Positions 11,904 through 22,167 of a stretch of DNA of 64,000 nucleotides are shown piece after piece. The notes under the pieces were generated by a model. The model was given only the letters and a program-made list of their open reading frames with translations. It had not been told where the DNA came from and made no database searches. The translations under genes were made by a program, and so were the position numbers. The stretch is taken from assembly GCA_000002445.1 (NCBI GenBank), contig CP000070.1:544001-608000 (forward strand), in the 5' to 3' direction. The stretch comes from Trypanosoma brucei (taxonomy: Eukaryota). Numbering within the stretch: position 1 is the stretch's first letter; each line of letters begins with the position of its first letter.

Positions 11904-13951
11904 CCGACCGTCCCAGTTGATCTATGCGCTAAGGCACTTCCCTCTATGCTCCACCCTGAACGGAATGTCAGGGAGGCTTTTATGTCAAGCGTCCCTTCTA
12001 ACGAGTAACCCACGATGTGGTAAAATGGGGTCTCTGTTTTCTCTTCGCAGCGTTCCTAATAATAGTGCCGCTAAATCTATACAACAAAACACATGAGGAT
12101 GTTAAGAGAGAAACATATGCGTAAAAAAAAAAAAAAAGAAGCATTATACAGCCACAAAACAACAACATGGTACATCTTTCTCTCTCTCAAGCTGTCGTAC
12201 CATCTCCCTCCCGTCTCCTCTCTATTTACCAAGAACCGATACAACCATTCTCTTTACTTTCTCTCCTACACTTTATTCTTAATATATTATTTACTTATTT
12301 TTTTTAGGGGACGAGTGTGGAAAAGAGAGGTGACAATACATATCACTTCGCAAAGGAGGGTGGTAGTTAAGAACCTTCCAACAAAGCCTCCTTCCCGGTT
12401 TGTCATTAACTCTCTTACTAATCCATTTTTTTTTCATTTTTACCGCCATCAACTTTGCGATTTTTTTTTACTACTCAGTTCTCCTTCTTTTTTTTTTTGC
12501 GTGTTTCTTTTCCTTCCTTATTCATCCTCCCTCTTCTTATTCTTCAAGTATTCACCTTTGCGAAGTATTTATTCCTTCCCTTCTCTACCACCTTTTTTAC
12601 ATATATCGTTTACCCCTCTTCGTTAAGTTTATTATTGAATACAAGTAAGCAGAACATAAACAAAATAAAAAAACTGAGTCACTGTTAACACATTCGACAT
12701 GTAACAGTAGCAACCCACAACTGCAACTTATTCCCTCCCCCCCCCTTCCCTTCTGCTCTTATTATTATTATTATTTTTTTTCTTTACTGGTGTTGGTGTC
12801 ATAAATTGAAGTGGCAACAAAACTATAATAAGTAAAATAATAAAGACTAAGTATCCACATATAATTTAATCATTTTATTTTTGTATCTTTCATTTTTTTT
12901 ATCCAATACGTCTCCTCCATCCCACCCTTCTTCCTTCTCTTCTTTAATATTTCCTTTAAAAAGAGGTTCGAAAAAAAAAAAGTAGGGAAATGGGAGGAAA
13001 AGTTGAATGAAAAAAATGTTACAGCGTAACCAAACAACCGAGTTGGGTCAACAAGGAGGAGGGAAAGAAAAACAGTAAAAAAAAAAAGAAAAAAAGAAAA
13101 AAAGAAACAAAAAAAATTAACCACTACATTACCAGCAGCGGTAACACCTACCTCGCTTTGCAAGTTATAGGAAATTCACCTGCAGAAAACGAGAAATAAT
13201 CGAGCACAATACACACTCACACACGCACATTCGAAGGTAAATATAAATAAATTTGTACCTAAATATATTCAAGAAAAATTGTTTTTGTTCCGTAAGTAAG
13301 GGAAGTGTTAGGAAAATAGGTAAGAACGCCTATGGGACACGGACCACACGGTGGAAATAGTAATATTGATAGTAACAATGATGAAATGTATTGCTATCAT
13401 CATGATATAACTTCCTCTTCACGGTGAGGTACATGTGTGTGCGCGTGCCACGTATACACTTCACTTGCACAAGTACGTACATCCACCGCCACCCCCCAAA
13501 AAAAAAGAGCAACAATAAATTTTTGGTCCATCAACATGACCGATAAATGAATAAAGCTCCTCTTTTTCTCTTCCTCCCCCCAACATATGTTTTTTTTTTT
13601 GTACGGCTAACGCAGTCACTAACCACTTTCAAATACCTGCAAGGAGGGAAATTAAAAATAAATGAATCAGCGCCAGTATGTCTGCTTACACGGTTACGGC
13701 ACACATAAACAAAAACCAAAAGCAAAACAAACAAGTTATAACTCCACTAAAATGCTATTTCCGCCCTCCCATCATCCCTTTACTCTTTCTCTTGTCTAGT
13801 ACGATTTCACTACTCTTCGGTTGTGTTTTGATTATTTTTATTTTATTTTATTTTACTATCCGTTGCACAATCCATTCTATTCAATATTTCCCTTTTGGTG
13901 GTGTTGTTTCTCTTCCGCCTTGTTGGGAATGATTGTCCCACTCCGTATAGC

Positions 13952-15010
13952 TCACGCTGCAACCTTCTGCTCGTCTTGTACATCATCTCTGTCATCAGAT
14001 GTGTATTGTTTTACCTCCGCTACAAAGGCAGCTGCAGCCGATGCCACACGTTCCCCAACCACAGGGACGTGTTGCACTAGTGAAGGATTAATACAATTCC
14101 AAAGTGAAGCACCAAGTCGCATGCATGTTGACCCCTGTATGTATCGCATTGTGGAATTTACACGGTTTACTTTGCACATCTCAACGGTTATCACCCGTGA
14201 GAGTACAACCACACATGCGGTTGCCTGCGCTAGCGCTGTTACGAATAGTTGTAAATCGCGCTCTCCAACGGCTTTCATCCCAGTACGTTGCACCTCTGCC
14301 ACACGCGGTTTGCTAGCCTCAAAGAAGTTAAAGAGTTTCCCGCGGATGGACTTCATCGTCTCGACGTACGACTTTGCCCGCTCCCGCAATTCACCACCCG
14401 TTTGAGCCACACACCTCGTTGACTTCTCTGCAACACTTCTGGCGCTGTTCACAGTTGACCTCGCGGTTGCGGCACACATTTCCATCGGTTTACGGCAGTG
14501 AGGGACAGTTTTTGCTGCAACTTCCATTGCTGTGTGTTGATAAGCCCTGGCCCCATCCACCACTTGTTTCCCTTTTGCCACACACCCACTTGCCACCGCA
14601 CGGATGTTTGAGTTCTCGAGTACATCCTTCACCAGTTGTTTGCCTTCTGTGGCAAGCTTTCGAGCCTTTTCTGATGTTGCACGAACAGCGTCCCCCGCAG
14701 GAAGGCGAGACACAAACTCCTCCACGACACTGCCGATATTTTGAGAGTCCGCATCGGATTTATTTTCCTGCTGTTCCTGTTCCTGTTGCTGTTGCTGTGG
14801 CGGCTCCTGCACCTGCTCCCTCTCAGCTTTCTCAGCATCGACGCTCTCTGCACCCTCTACACGCAACGCAGCGGTTTCTTCGTGTTGGGGATGTTTGCCC
14901 TTGTGTCGATGATGGCGGCTTCGGTGCCCTCCGTTAGGTAAAATGTCACCGTGATCTCCTGATTCAGATGCTTGCATTTGTGTCAAAGTAACTTTTTTTT
15001 TCACCTTCAC
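13952..15010 (-). CDS. Hypothetical protein, 352 aa, His-rich N-terminus, Q/E-rich tract, Ala/Lys-rich amphipathic-looking helical body
   Basis: This minus-strand ORF has non-low-complexity composition. It contains the run PPQQQQQEQEQQE. No recognisable domain. An overlapping plus-strand ORF (13821-14405) is judged spurious. Confidence 0.55.
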   Translation of the reverse strand: MKVKKKVTLTQMQASESGDHGDILPNGGHRSRHHRHKGKHPQHEETAALRVEGAESVDAEKAEREQVQEPPQQQQQEQEQQENKSDADSQNIGSVVEEFVSRLPAGDAVRATSEKARKLATEGKQLVKDVLENSNIRAVASGCVAKGKQVVDGARAYQHTAMEVAAKTVPHCRKPMEMCAATARSTVNSARSVAEKSTRCVAQTGGELRERAKSYVETMKSIRGKLFNFFEASKPRVAEVQRTGMKAVGERDLQLFVTALAQATACVVVLSRVITVEMCKVNRVNSTMRYIQGSTCMRLGASLWNCINPSLVQHVPVVGERVASAAAAFVAEVKQYTSDDRDDVQDEQKVAA

Positions 15011-15123
15011 GAATAAACGTAATAACGATGCTGTATGGCCTTCTTTCTCTTTGTTGTTTTTTTTTTTTGGTTCTTTTGGGGTTTCTTTTTTTTTTTTATT
15101 TTAGCGTTTACTGAATCTGCTTC

Positions 15124-15126
<3 letters not shown>

Positions 15127-15156
<30 letters not shown>
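15127..15156. repeat. (AT)15 microsatellite
   Basis: Seen directly in the sequence. Confidence 0.9.
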
Positions 15157-15158
<2 letters not shown>

Positions 15159-15784
15159 CTCGAGTGCCCTTTAAATGGTCTACGTGCAAACTTGTGAGCC
15201 CGTTTGCGGGGGAAAAAGGCAGGTCGCCGACAGCAACGCGCGAAGGAAATTAACAGAGGAAACGGAACAAGTTATGAAGCGTAAACAAAAAAGAAGAAAG
15301 TGCACGGTAAAGTATGAAGGTAACACAACACGGCAACTGCAAGCAGCGTCTGATGCAGAAATGACGTGAGAACCGTGGGGGAAGAGTTTAGTTTGTTATA
15401 TACTTATTTTAGCGTCTCGTTGTTGCACCGCCCCAGTTTTCGCATGACGTACACAATACGAGCGTTCACCCAACCGATTTAGAAGTTTTCTCTTACTTTA
15501 CTTTCTTTTACACGCGCTCACATCCTCTTAAAAAGTGCTTGTACGTACCGTACAACCTCGAATCCCACATTTTCCACGAACAATGGTGCCGAGAATCCAT
15601 TGTATCACATTTCCTTTTTAACGCTTTCTTGTCAACACTTTACCTTTTCTTCCTTTTGCCTTGTTTTGGCTATCATCCTCTGGGTCGAGAATCAACCATC
15701 AAACTTTTTTGTGCAAAGAAGAAAAACTGTAACCTTCTCCCTCATGGTGATTTTTATTTCCTCAACATCACTGGAGACAACTTA

Positions 15785-18700
15785 CTACTCATCCGCGACA
15801 GCCGCTGCTGCAAGTTTTTGCTCACGCCACCTCTGGAATGCCTTCTCTCTTTGTTCATGCAGGCGACGCTTTCTCTCTCTGTTTTTGGCGATCCGCTCCT
15901 GCTTAGCCACCATGATCCGCTTGCGTTTTTCCTCTCTTTCCTCTTTCGTAAGGATTTGGGACCGCTCGGTACGAATCATTTGCCTCTCCAAGCGGTCGTT
16001 GATTCTGAGAGTTTCGCGTCGCCGCCGCTTAGCAGCCTTCTCCTCATCAGTCAATTCTCCGTTGCGGTGCGCTGCAAGTGCCCGCACAACCTTCTTTCGA
16101 ACACGTTTTGCACGGCGGTAAAATGCAGCCTTTTCTTTTCGTCCACTTTTCTCGTACTGTTTATATAAAACACTCACCGGAGACGGAGCTTTTGTCTCTC
16201 GAGCTCGCGGCGTGAGGTTGAGAAGATTTTCCATTGCTGCCAGAAGGCGGATAGTAGCGGCCGATGTCATTAATGAATCGTCGTCTACCACTTCCTTCAC
16301 AATGTTGGAAGCCCATGCCGTGTCCAGCTGTACACGACTATTGTACTTGAGCACCATTTTGAGGCAATGCAAGTAGTCGTACAGAAGTGTGTACTTCATA
16401 TTATATACCGAGGTTGGTGTTACCGATTGAAGGAAACTGCTGATTGCACTTGCGGCGGATGCACGTAGAGTTGCCCCCAAGCCGGAGAGCCGCGGTAGCA
16501 CCGCTTCTACCATCTGACAACATCCTTGAAACACTCTTACGCGCTGGGGCCCTTCCAGAACCTCCACTTCGCTAAACTTCTCCAATGCTGCGGGTAGCAG
16601 TGCCCACGCAAACCCGTGACGGTAATGATGCATATCCCGCTTTACGGAAGGCATTCGTTTCTTTCCATCCCAACCACGGTCGCAGAAGATGGACTTGTAA
16701 AACTCCATCAACGTCACTCGAACGTCTTCACCTGCGTGGTTCTTATGTGCGAGGAAGGCGATGAAATGAAACACGCGAAGAGCCACGTCCTTCAGTCGGG
16801 TCATGCGCCGACGAACTACAAGAGCGTGTCGTGCCGAACGGCTCTCTTTGTTTACTAAAACCCGGTCCAGTTTGCGGCAATAGCTTTGAATGTCGGAAAG
16901 AAGTTGGAACAGACTCTCTGCCACGAGAAACCTTCCGAAGTAACGATTCTTCGTCATCATAAGCATTTGAAGGGACGAAACGGTACTGTTGAAAATCACG
17001 TCATCCGCCGCCTTCACATTTTCTCGACAAACCGCCAACAGAACCTGAAAAATGTGTACTGTTAATGGAGAGCGCATAGCCACCCCAACTCGTGTTGCAA
17101 CTTGAATTGCTCGGACAACATCACCCTTCTCCTTATTGGCTGTATCCGTTGGATACACGAATTGAAGATCTACGTTCCCAATCATACCCTTCAGTGCGTC
17201 AATGTACTGCTGAGTTGGAGCTTCTTCTTCCTCTTCGTCACCTGTATCAGATTCTTCATCCTCTACATCTGGATTGAGTTGCTCCTCATCGGCTCCCTCC
17301 TCCGGCTCCGTTGCTTCGTCCTCCTCAGTGGGTTCTTCGCTTTCATCCGCCTCTGTTTCTGTTTCTGTTTCTGTCTTATCCGCTTCATCCTCAGAGGGTA
17401 CATCACCCCCCTCGTCTTCCTCATCTTCGTCTTTTTCATCAACTTGAGTGCCTTCGTTGTTCTCGTCCTCCTCGTCACCTTCTTCTTCATCAGCTGAAGA
17501 ATCTTCCGCCTCTGCAGCTACTCCCTTTGCTTTAGCTTGCCTTATTAGTTCCCGGTCGTCCGTATGATAAGCCTCACGAAGCGGAGCCAAGACAAGGTCC
17601 AGAGTTGGCCGCTCTCGAACATAACGAGCAAAACGTAAAAGATAACCCGTCGCAATGCGGCGCACGCACACCATAAGGGGTAACACGTGAAGTGCCGAAG
17701 ACGGTCGCATCACGAGCGCCATCAACACATCATAAAACAAATCCAGAGTTTCCAACGTGCCCGTACGAAAGAACTGGCAAAGATCAGGTACCGTACTGTT
17801 AGCGAGGTTTTTCGCCTCTTCATTGCTGGGGTCGTCGGTACTCAGAATCAGAAAAAGCAATACGAGCAGCACATGAATATCTCGCTCCTCATAAAACAAG
17901 ACACTGCGGGTGGAAGAGCTTTCCAGTGCCTCAACAATACAATTGCGGGCCTTGCGGAAGTTGCGCTCAGTTGCGCCAGTGGTGTATCGCGTGATGCCCT
18001 TCTCCTCAGCCGCAAGATAATCCCTAATAACGCTTAAGGCACTCAACGTGCATTTTGGTCTTGACAAGGCGGCGGTGTACGTGAAGGAAAATACGTCCGA
18101 AAAAAGGTAGATAGCCCGATTCATGCATTTCTCATCACTGGACTTCGGAGTGGGGTAAAACCCAAACCGCAGCAAGGCACGAACCGCCTCGTCGACGTAT
18201 GTGCAAGTTACGCCCTCACGTAGCGGCACACTTAAGCAAGCCCGCAACTCCCGTAGCACCCACGTGCGGTTGGCGTGCGCAGACGGGTCCGAGTCCCTAA
18301 TGCAAAAATATTGTTTAATGAGGTCTCGGACTTTAGCATCCAGCATTTCAAGAGGCATCATCCGAAGTTCGTTGGGATCTGAAGCTTTTGCAACTATCTT
18401 CCTTCCATAACCCACCGCTTGGCTGGCAATCTTCAACATTTCTTGGCGTTGGTCGGCATCGTCGTTTTTTACAACCAATTGACCTAAACGGGCGACGAGT
18501 TGCTGAAACAGCGCCCGGCGCGGAATATCTGAGTTACCACGGCGGTAAGGCGCAATGGCGTTGTGCATCATTGTACTTAAATGCTCCTGCAGTGATTCAC
18601 CAGCGGCACAGCGCTGCACAAGGAGGTCAAACCAATCGTCCCACACGGGATGAACCATTGGGTACACGGCAATCACCTGTTCCTTGCGGAACAGAGCATT

Positions 18701-20230
18701 GGCAATTTGTTCCACTGTTGTTGGTTCTAGCGGATCCATCGCAGCATACTTCTGCACGGTGGTTGGGAGAAACTTTTTAATTGCCGGAGGTTTCGTCTCC
18801 ATTGCCATCAGACGTAGGAGCAGTTGCACTCCCTCTGGGCGAAAGTATTCTAACTTGGGGTAGAGGAAAAAGGCATATGATATCCATTCCATCACCGACT
18901 CATCCTCCCACAGCTTGGGAAACTTTTGAAGCGTTATTAACAATAAAGCCGCTGTCATGACGCGCGTAGCCTTTTGCTCAACGTAGGCAAAACATAAGTA
19001 CTGGGCGGCATGACGGGCATCTTCCACTCGCATCTTCCCACGGTTTGCAACCACGGCTCCCATCGCAAAAACAGCAGCTACAATGCGCTGGTTACGCTCA
19101 CCCCGCGTAGGGTCATTAATTGTGTCTGGGTCAAAATCATCCCAATCTCCCTGGTCTTCTTTCTGTTGCTCGCCTTGTGTATCTCTTCTCGCAGCCCGTG
19201 CCTCTAGTCGAGCCTTTGTGACTTTTAGCCGGGCATCGAGTGCTATTTCCTCTCCAATGAGTGAAAGCACAATAGATGGTGTAATGTCCGTTTCGCGCAA
19301 TGCAAGAAATAGAATATGTGCATGCAAAACAATCATCGCCATGTCCTCAGTAACCATGCCTAGCAGCATACGTGACAGAGCGTACGGAAGTGCGTGGTGC
19401 GCTGTATCCCGCATACTTTTCAGCGATCGGCAGTCAACGCCATCCACTAATTTGGCCTTTAGATGGTTAATCAGTGAATGCTGACCTTCTTTCCGACGGG
19501 TCGAGTTATGCCGGAGGCACATTTGGAGCAACGCACGAACGTGTTCCCGCTCCTTTACATTTTTGGCGAGCACTGCTCGAGACCGACTGACTTTTCCGTG
19601 TGTTTCGACCTGTTCACCATCCTTTTGATCACTGGCAGCAGCCGCCTCCTCCTCCTCATCTCCGCTGGTTAAACCCTGCGCTTTATTGTCGTAGTGTTTT
19701 TTGGTTCCACCACCGCGGCCCTTCCCCTTATTAAGTTCGTACTCTGCCCACTCATACCATACGATAAATGCTTGTACACTATTCGGTGCACCGCGTTCAA
19801 ATTTGCTTAAATATGAACGAAGAGATCGCACATCCTCCGGCAAATGTTGCTGAATAAATGGAGGAGGCACAAACTTGAATATCTCACTCAAATCCGCACC
19901 AAAAATATTGGTAGCATTTAACCTCGTTTTGAAGCTGGACAGATCGGAGCGCAACTCGGAGGAAACCTTGGCAGCTAAATGAATGTCAATGTCCTTTGTC
20001 CGAGCCGATCTCTGATGGGATCTTCCCTCGTGATTCCCAACAGCGGTGTGCTGCTGCGCGTGATGACCGCGGCGCTCCACCTGCTCTCGCGCATACTTTT
20101 CTTTATGATACCTTTTCGCCTCCTTCTTCACGTTGGTTGCTTTCCCCATTTTAGCCGAAGGCTTAACGTTACGGCGAGGGCCGCCGCTGGTGCCCCCTTT
20201 ACTCCCATGCTGAGCAAAGGAACCAGACAT
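15785..20230 (-). CDS. Large hypothetical protein (1481 aa) with an acidic D/E-rich tract of about 100 aa and a basic K/R-rich C-terminus; possibly a nucleolar or ribosome-biogenesis-type factor
   Basis: Long minus-strand ORF. The acidic tract is encoded around 17220-17520 (EDSSADEEEGDEEDENNEG...DEEEEEAP). The C-terminal 100 aa are rich in K/R/E (KRRRRETLRINDRLERQ...KRRLHEQREKAFQRWREQK). This architecture resembles MYBBP1A/Pol5-like or NOC-like nucleolar proteins, but I cannot confirm the family. Confidence 0.7.
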   Translation of the reverse strand: MSGSFAQHGSKGGTSGGPRRNVKPSAKMGKATNVKKEAKRYHKEKYAREQVERRGHHAQQHTAVGNHEGRSHQRSARTKDIDIHLAAKVSSELRSDLSSFKTRLNATNIFGADLSEIFKFVPPPFIQQHLPEDVRSLRSYLSKFERGAPNSVQAFIVWYEWAEYELNKGKGRGGGTKKHYDNKAQGLTSGDEEEEAAAASDQKDGEQVETHGKVSRSRAVLAKNVKEREHVRALLQMCLRHNSTRRKEGQHSLINHLKAKLVDGVDCRSLKSMRDTAHHALPYALSRMLLGMVTEDMAMIVLHAHILFLALRETDITPSIVLSLIGEEIALDARLKVTKARLEARAARRDTQGEQQKEDQGDWDDFDPDTINDPTRGERNQRIVAAVFAMGAVVANRGKMRVEDARHAAQYLCFAYVEQKATRVMTAALLLITLQKFPKLWEDESVMEWISYAFFLYPKLEYFRPEGVQLLLRLMAMETKPPAIKKFLPTTVQKYAAMDPLEPTTVEQIANALFRKEQVIAVYPMVHPVWDDWFDLLVQRCAAGESLQEHLSTMMHNAIAPYRRGNSDIPRRALFQQLVARLGQLVVKNDDADQRQEMLKIASQAVGYGRKIVAKASDPNELRMMPLEMLDAKVRDLIKQYFCIRDSDPSAHANRTWVLRELRACLSVPLREGVTCTYVDEAVRALLRFGFYPTPKSSDEKCMNRAIYLFSDVFSFTYTAALSRPKCTLSALSVIRDYLAAEEKGITRYTTGATERNFRKARNCIVEALESSSTRSVLFYEERDIHVLLVLLFLILSTDDPSNEEAKNLANSTVPDLCQFFRTGTLETLDLFYDVLMALVMRPSSALHVLPLMVCVRRIATGYLLRFARYVRERPTLDLVLAPLREAYHTDDRELIRQAKAKGVAAEAEDSSADEEEGDEEDENNEGTQVDEKDEDEEDEGGDVPSEDEADKTETETETEADESEEPTEEDEATEPEEGADEEQLNPDVEDEESDTGDEEEEEAPTQQYIDALKGMIGNVDLQFVYPTDTANKEKGDVVRAIQVATRVGVAMRSPLTVHIFQVLLAVCRENVKAADDVIFNSTVSSLQMLMMTKNRYFGRFLVAESLFQLLSDIQSYCRKLDRVLVNKESRSARHALVVRRRMTRLKDVALRVFHFIAFLAHKNHAGEDVRVTLMEFYKSIFCDRGWDGKKRMPSVKRDMHHYRHGFAWALLPAALEKFSEVEVLEGPQRVRVFQGCCQMVEAVLPRLSGLGATLRASAASAISSFLQSVTPTSVYNMKYTLLYDYLHCLKMVLKYNSRVQLDTAWASNIVKEVVDDDSLMTSAATIRLLAAMENLLNLTPRARETKAPSPVSVLYKQYEKSGRKEKAAFYRRAKRVRKKVVRALAAHRNGELTDEEKAAKRRRRETLRINDRLERQMIRTERSQILTKEEREEKRKRIMVAKQERIAKNRERKRRLHEQREKAFQRWREQKLAAAAVADE

Positions 20231-20744
20231 ACCGAACGCCTTTCTTTTTTAGTTGCTTATGTGCGTTCGGCCAGTAATTTCCTTTTGTTAGGTGGTTGTA
20301 ACGGCATTAAACAAGAGAGGCACCCCCCCCCAAAAATAAAAAATAATAATAATAATAACAACAGTAAGTAAAAAGGGGAAAGAAAACGCAGTAGAAGCGA
20401 AGGGTATCGGCAAACAGGGAAGTCAGCAGCAAAGAGATACAAAAAAAAATCAACATATCGCAACCCAACCAGCGTGGCCGAATAGGAAGTTGTTAAGACA
20501 GAGATGTAATAACTTAAGATAAAGGGTGGGTAAAACCAAAAATAGAGTAAAAATAAAACATGGCAAGGCGTTGTGAAGGAACGAGAAAATACAAATGGGC
20601 GAGATGAGGATGTCTTAAGCAAAAGTGTTTCGAACAGATACACACAAGTGCTGACATATCTCTCATGTGAATCCTCAATAGTAAGCACAACTGCAGTTGG
20701 CAATGCCCTCAAACGAAAAAAAAAGAAATTGTTAAAGGATAGAA

Positions 20745-20775
<31 letters not shown>

Positions 20776-21093
20776 TCATTATAATAATTATTATAGCACC
20801 CGCTGTCAAACAGCGGCAAAGGGTAAGGGAGTTCATTCCGTAACTTCCCCCTTCCATTAGGCAGGCACTCTGTTTCTTGCCATTAGAATTGGAGGGAAAT
20901 TTTCCCACGTTAGCAACAGGGTACGGACACGAATCAAAATAAAAAAGAAAAACAGTAAAAGCGAACGTTAATGGCGTAAACGCGGAGAGAAAAGTGAATA
21001 TTTGAAGTCGTTTTAGCTCAAACAAGTCAACACATAAAATGAACGTCTGTTGTTACCATCTGTTGGGGGAGGGGGAGGGACATAATAACAATA

Positions 21094-22167
21094 TTATTCA
21101 ACGCTAGACAGCATTTGCTTAACGGGTTCACTTTCCGTCGTACTTGCGCCTGCGTAGTCCATCTCTTTCAGGTTTACCTCCGTGTCAGATTTCTGCACAG
21201 CAGCCCCACTTACACCGTTGTAATTGGCGGAATCAAGCAATAACTCACCAGCACCACTCTCTGAGCGGCTGCGCTTGCGGCAGTTGAAAGAAGTTTCGTC
21301 ATCCACAGTTGTTGCTATCGTTTCCTCACCAATAATGTCCTCATAAACTTTCGAATCAGCATCGGTCTCTGCTTCCTTTGAAGTCGCTACCTCCACTTTT
21401 CCTTGAGCAGAAGCTTTAGGCGTTTCAGCGTCCGCTATTTGTGCCTGTGATATTTCCTCTGCTTCTGTTGTTGTCATTGTCTCCACTTCATCCGTGGCTG
21501 GAGGTTGCTGGACATCCGCTTTTCCCTCTTCATCCTCATTCACAATTGTTGAAGGGGTCACTGCTTTATTCACAACTGCAACAACTTCCTCCCTCTCTTC
21601 CTCCATAATTTTCTCAAACGGAGGTTTTGATTCATCCGACGTGCCCTCTTTTTCTTCAGAAACTGGCGATGGAGGAACTACCGCAATCATCTCCTCGGAA
21701 TTGATGTTTTGAGGTACTTTATTTACTGGTGCAACCTCTTCAGTTAGTAAAGAAACACAGTTAGGTGCTTCATTCACTTCGGTGCCATCAACAACAGAAA
21801 TGGACTCCAATACGGCGGGTTCTGCGGTAATTGGCACTTGTGACATTAACCGTATAAACTGGAGTAGAAAATTTAATGGCGTGGTGTCTTCGTAAATGTA
21901 GTGATCCTGCCTGTTTGTCTGCGTGTGTGTGTGTTTGTGTAAATACTTATTAGCACTTTTCCGCTGTTTACTTAGCAAATTTAGACTTTTATGTGTACGT
22001 ACGTAGATGTGTAAATACGTGCGAATTGTTTCGTCAATGAAGTTATTTTTTAAAAAAATGATTTTTTTTCCAAAGGAAAGAGGAGAGCACAGGGGAGAAG
22101 AATTGTGTTCAAGATAAGTTAACGTGTACGACTCTCCGTCACAAATTCCTTCCATACTGCAACGCAA
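21094..22167 (-). CDS. Acidic hypothetical protein. The ORF is 357 aa; the likely true start is Met at 21846, giving 250 aa
   Basis: Minus-strand ORF. The first 107 codons read through (GT)n/(CA)n and UTR-like sequence (HKHTHTQTNRQDHYIY). From MSQVPITAEP onward the protein is E/D/T-rich and acidic with no recognised domain. Confidence 0.5.
   Translation of the reverse strand: MRCSMEGICDGESYTLTYLEHNSSPLCSPLSFGKKIIFLKNNFIDETIRTYLHIYVRTHKSLNLLSKQRKSANKYLHKHTHTQTNRQDHYIYEDTTPLNFLLQFIRLMSQVPITAEPAVLESISVVDGTEVNEAPNCVSLLTEEVAPVNKVPQNINSEEMIAVVPPSPVSEEKEGTSDESKPPFEKIMEEEREEVVAVVNKAVTPSTIVNEDEEGKADVQQPPATDEVETMTTTEAEEISQAQIADAETPKASAQGKVEVATSKEAETDADSKVYEDIIGEETIATTVDDETSFNCRKRSRSESGAGELLLDSANYNGVSGAAVQKSDTEVNLKEMDYAGASTTESEPVKQMLSSVE

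Noticed and set aside
12093-12626. 177 aa plus-strand ORF in the intergenic spacer
   Set aside because: Its translation is F/L/S/P-rich low-complexity sequence derived from a CT-rich tract. It is on the opposite strand to every supported gene.
13821-14405. 194 aa plus-strand ORF overlapping the 3' part of the 13952-15010 minus gene
   Set aside because: It is antisense to a gene that fits the unit orientation, and its N-terminal half is F/Y/L low-complexity.
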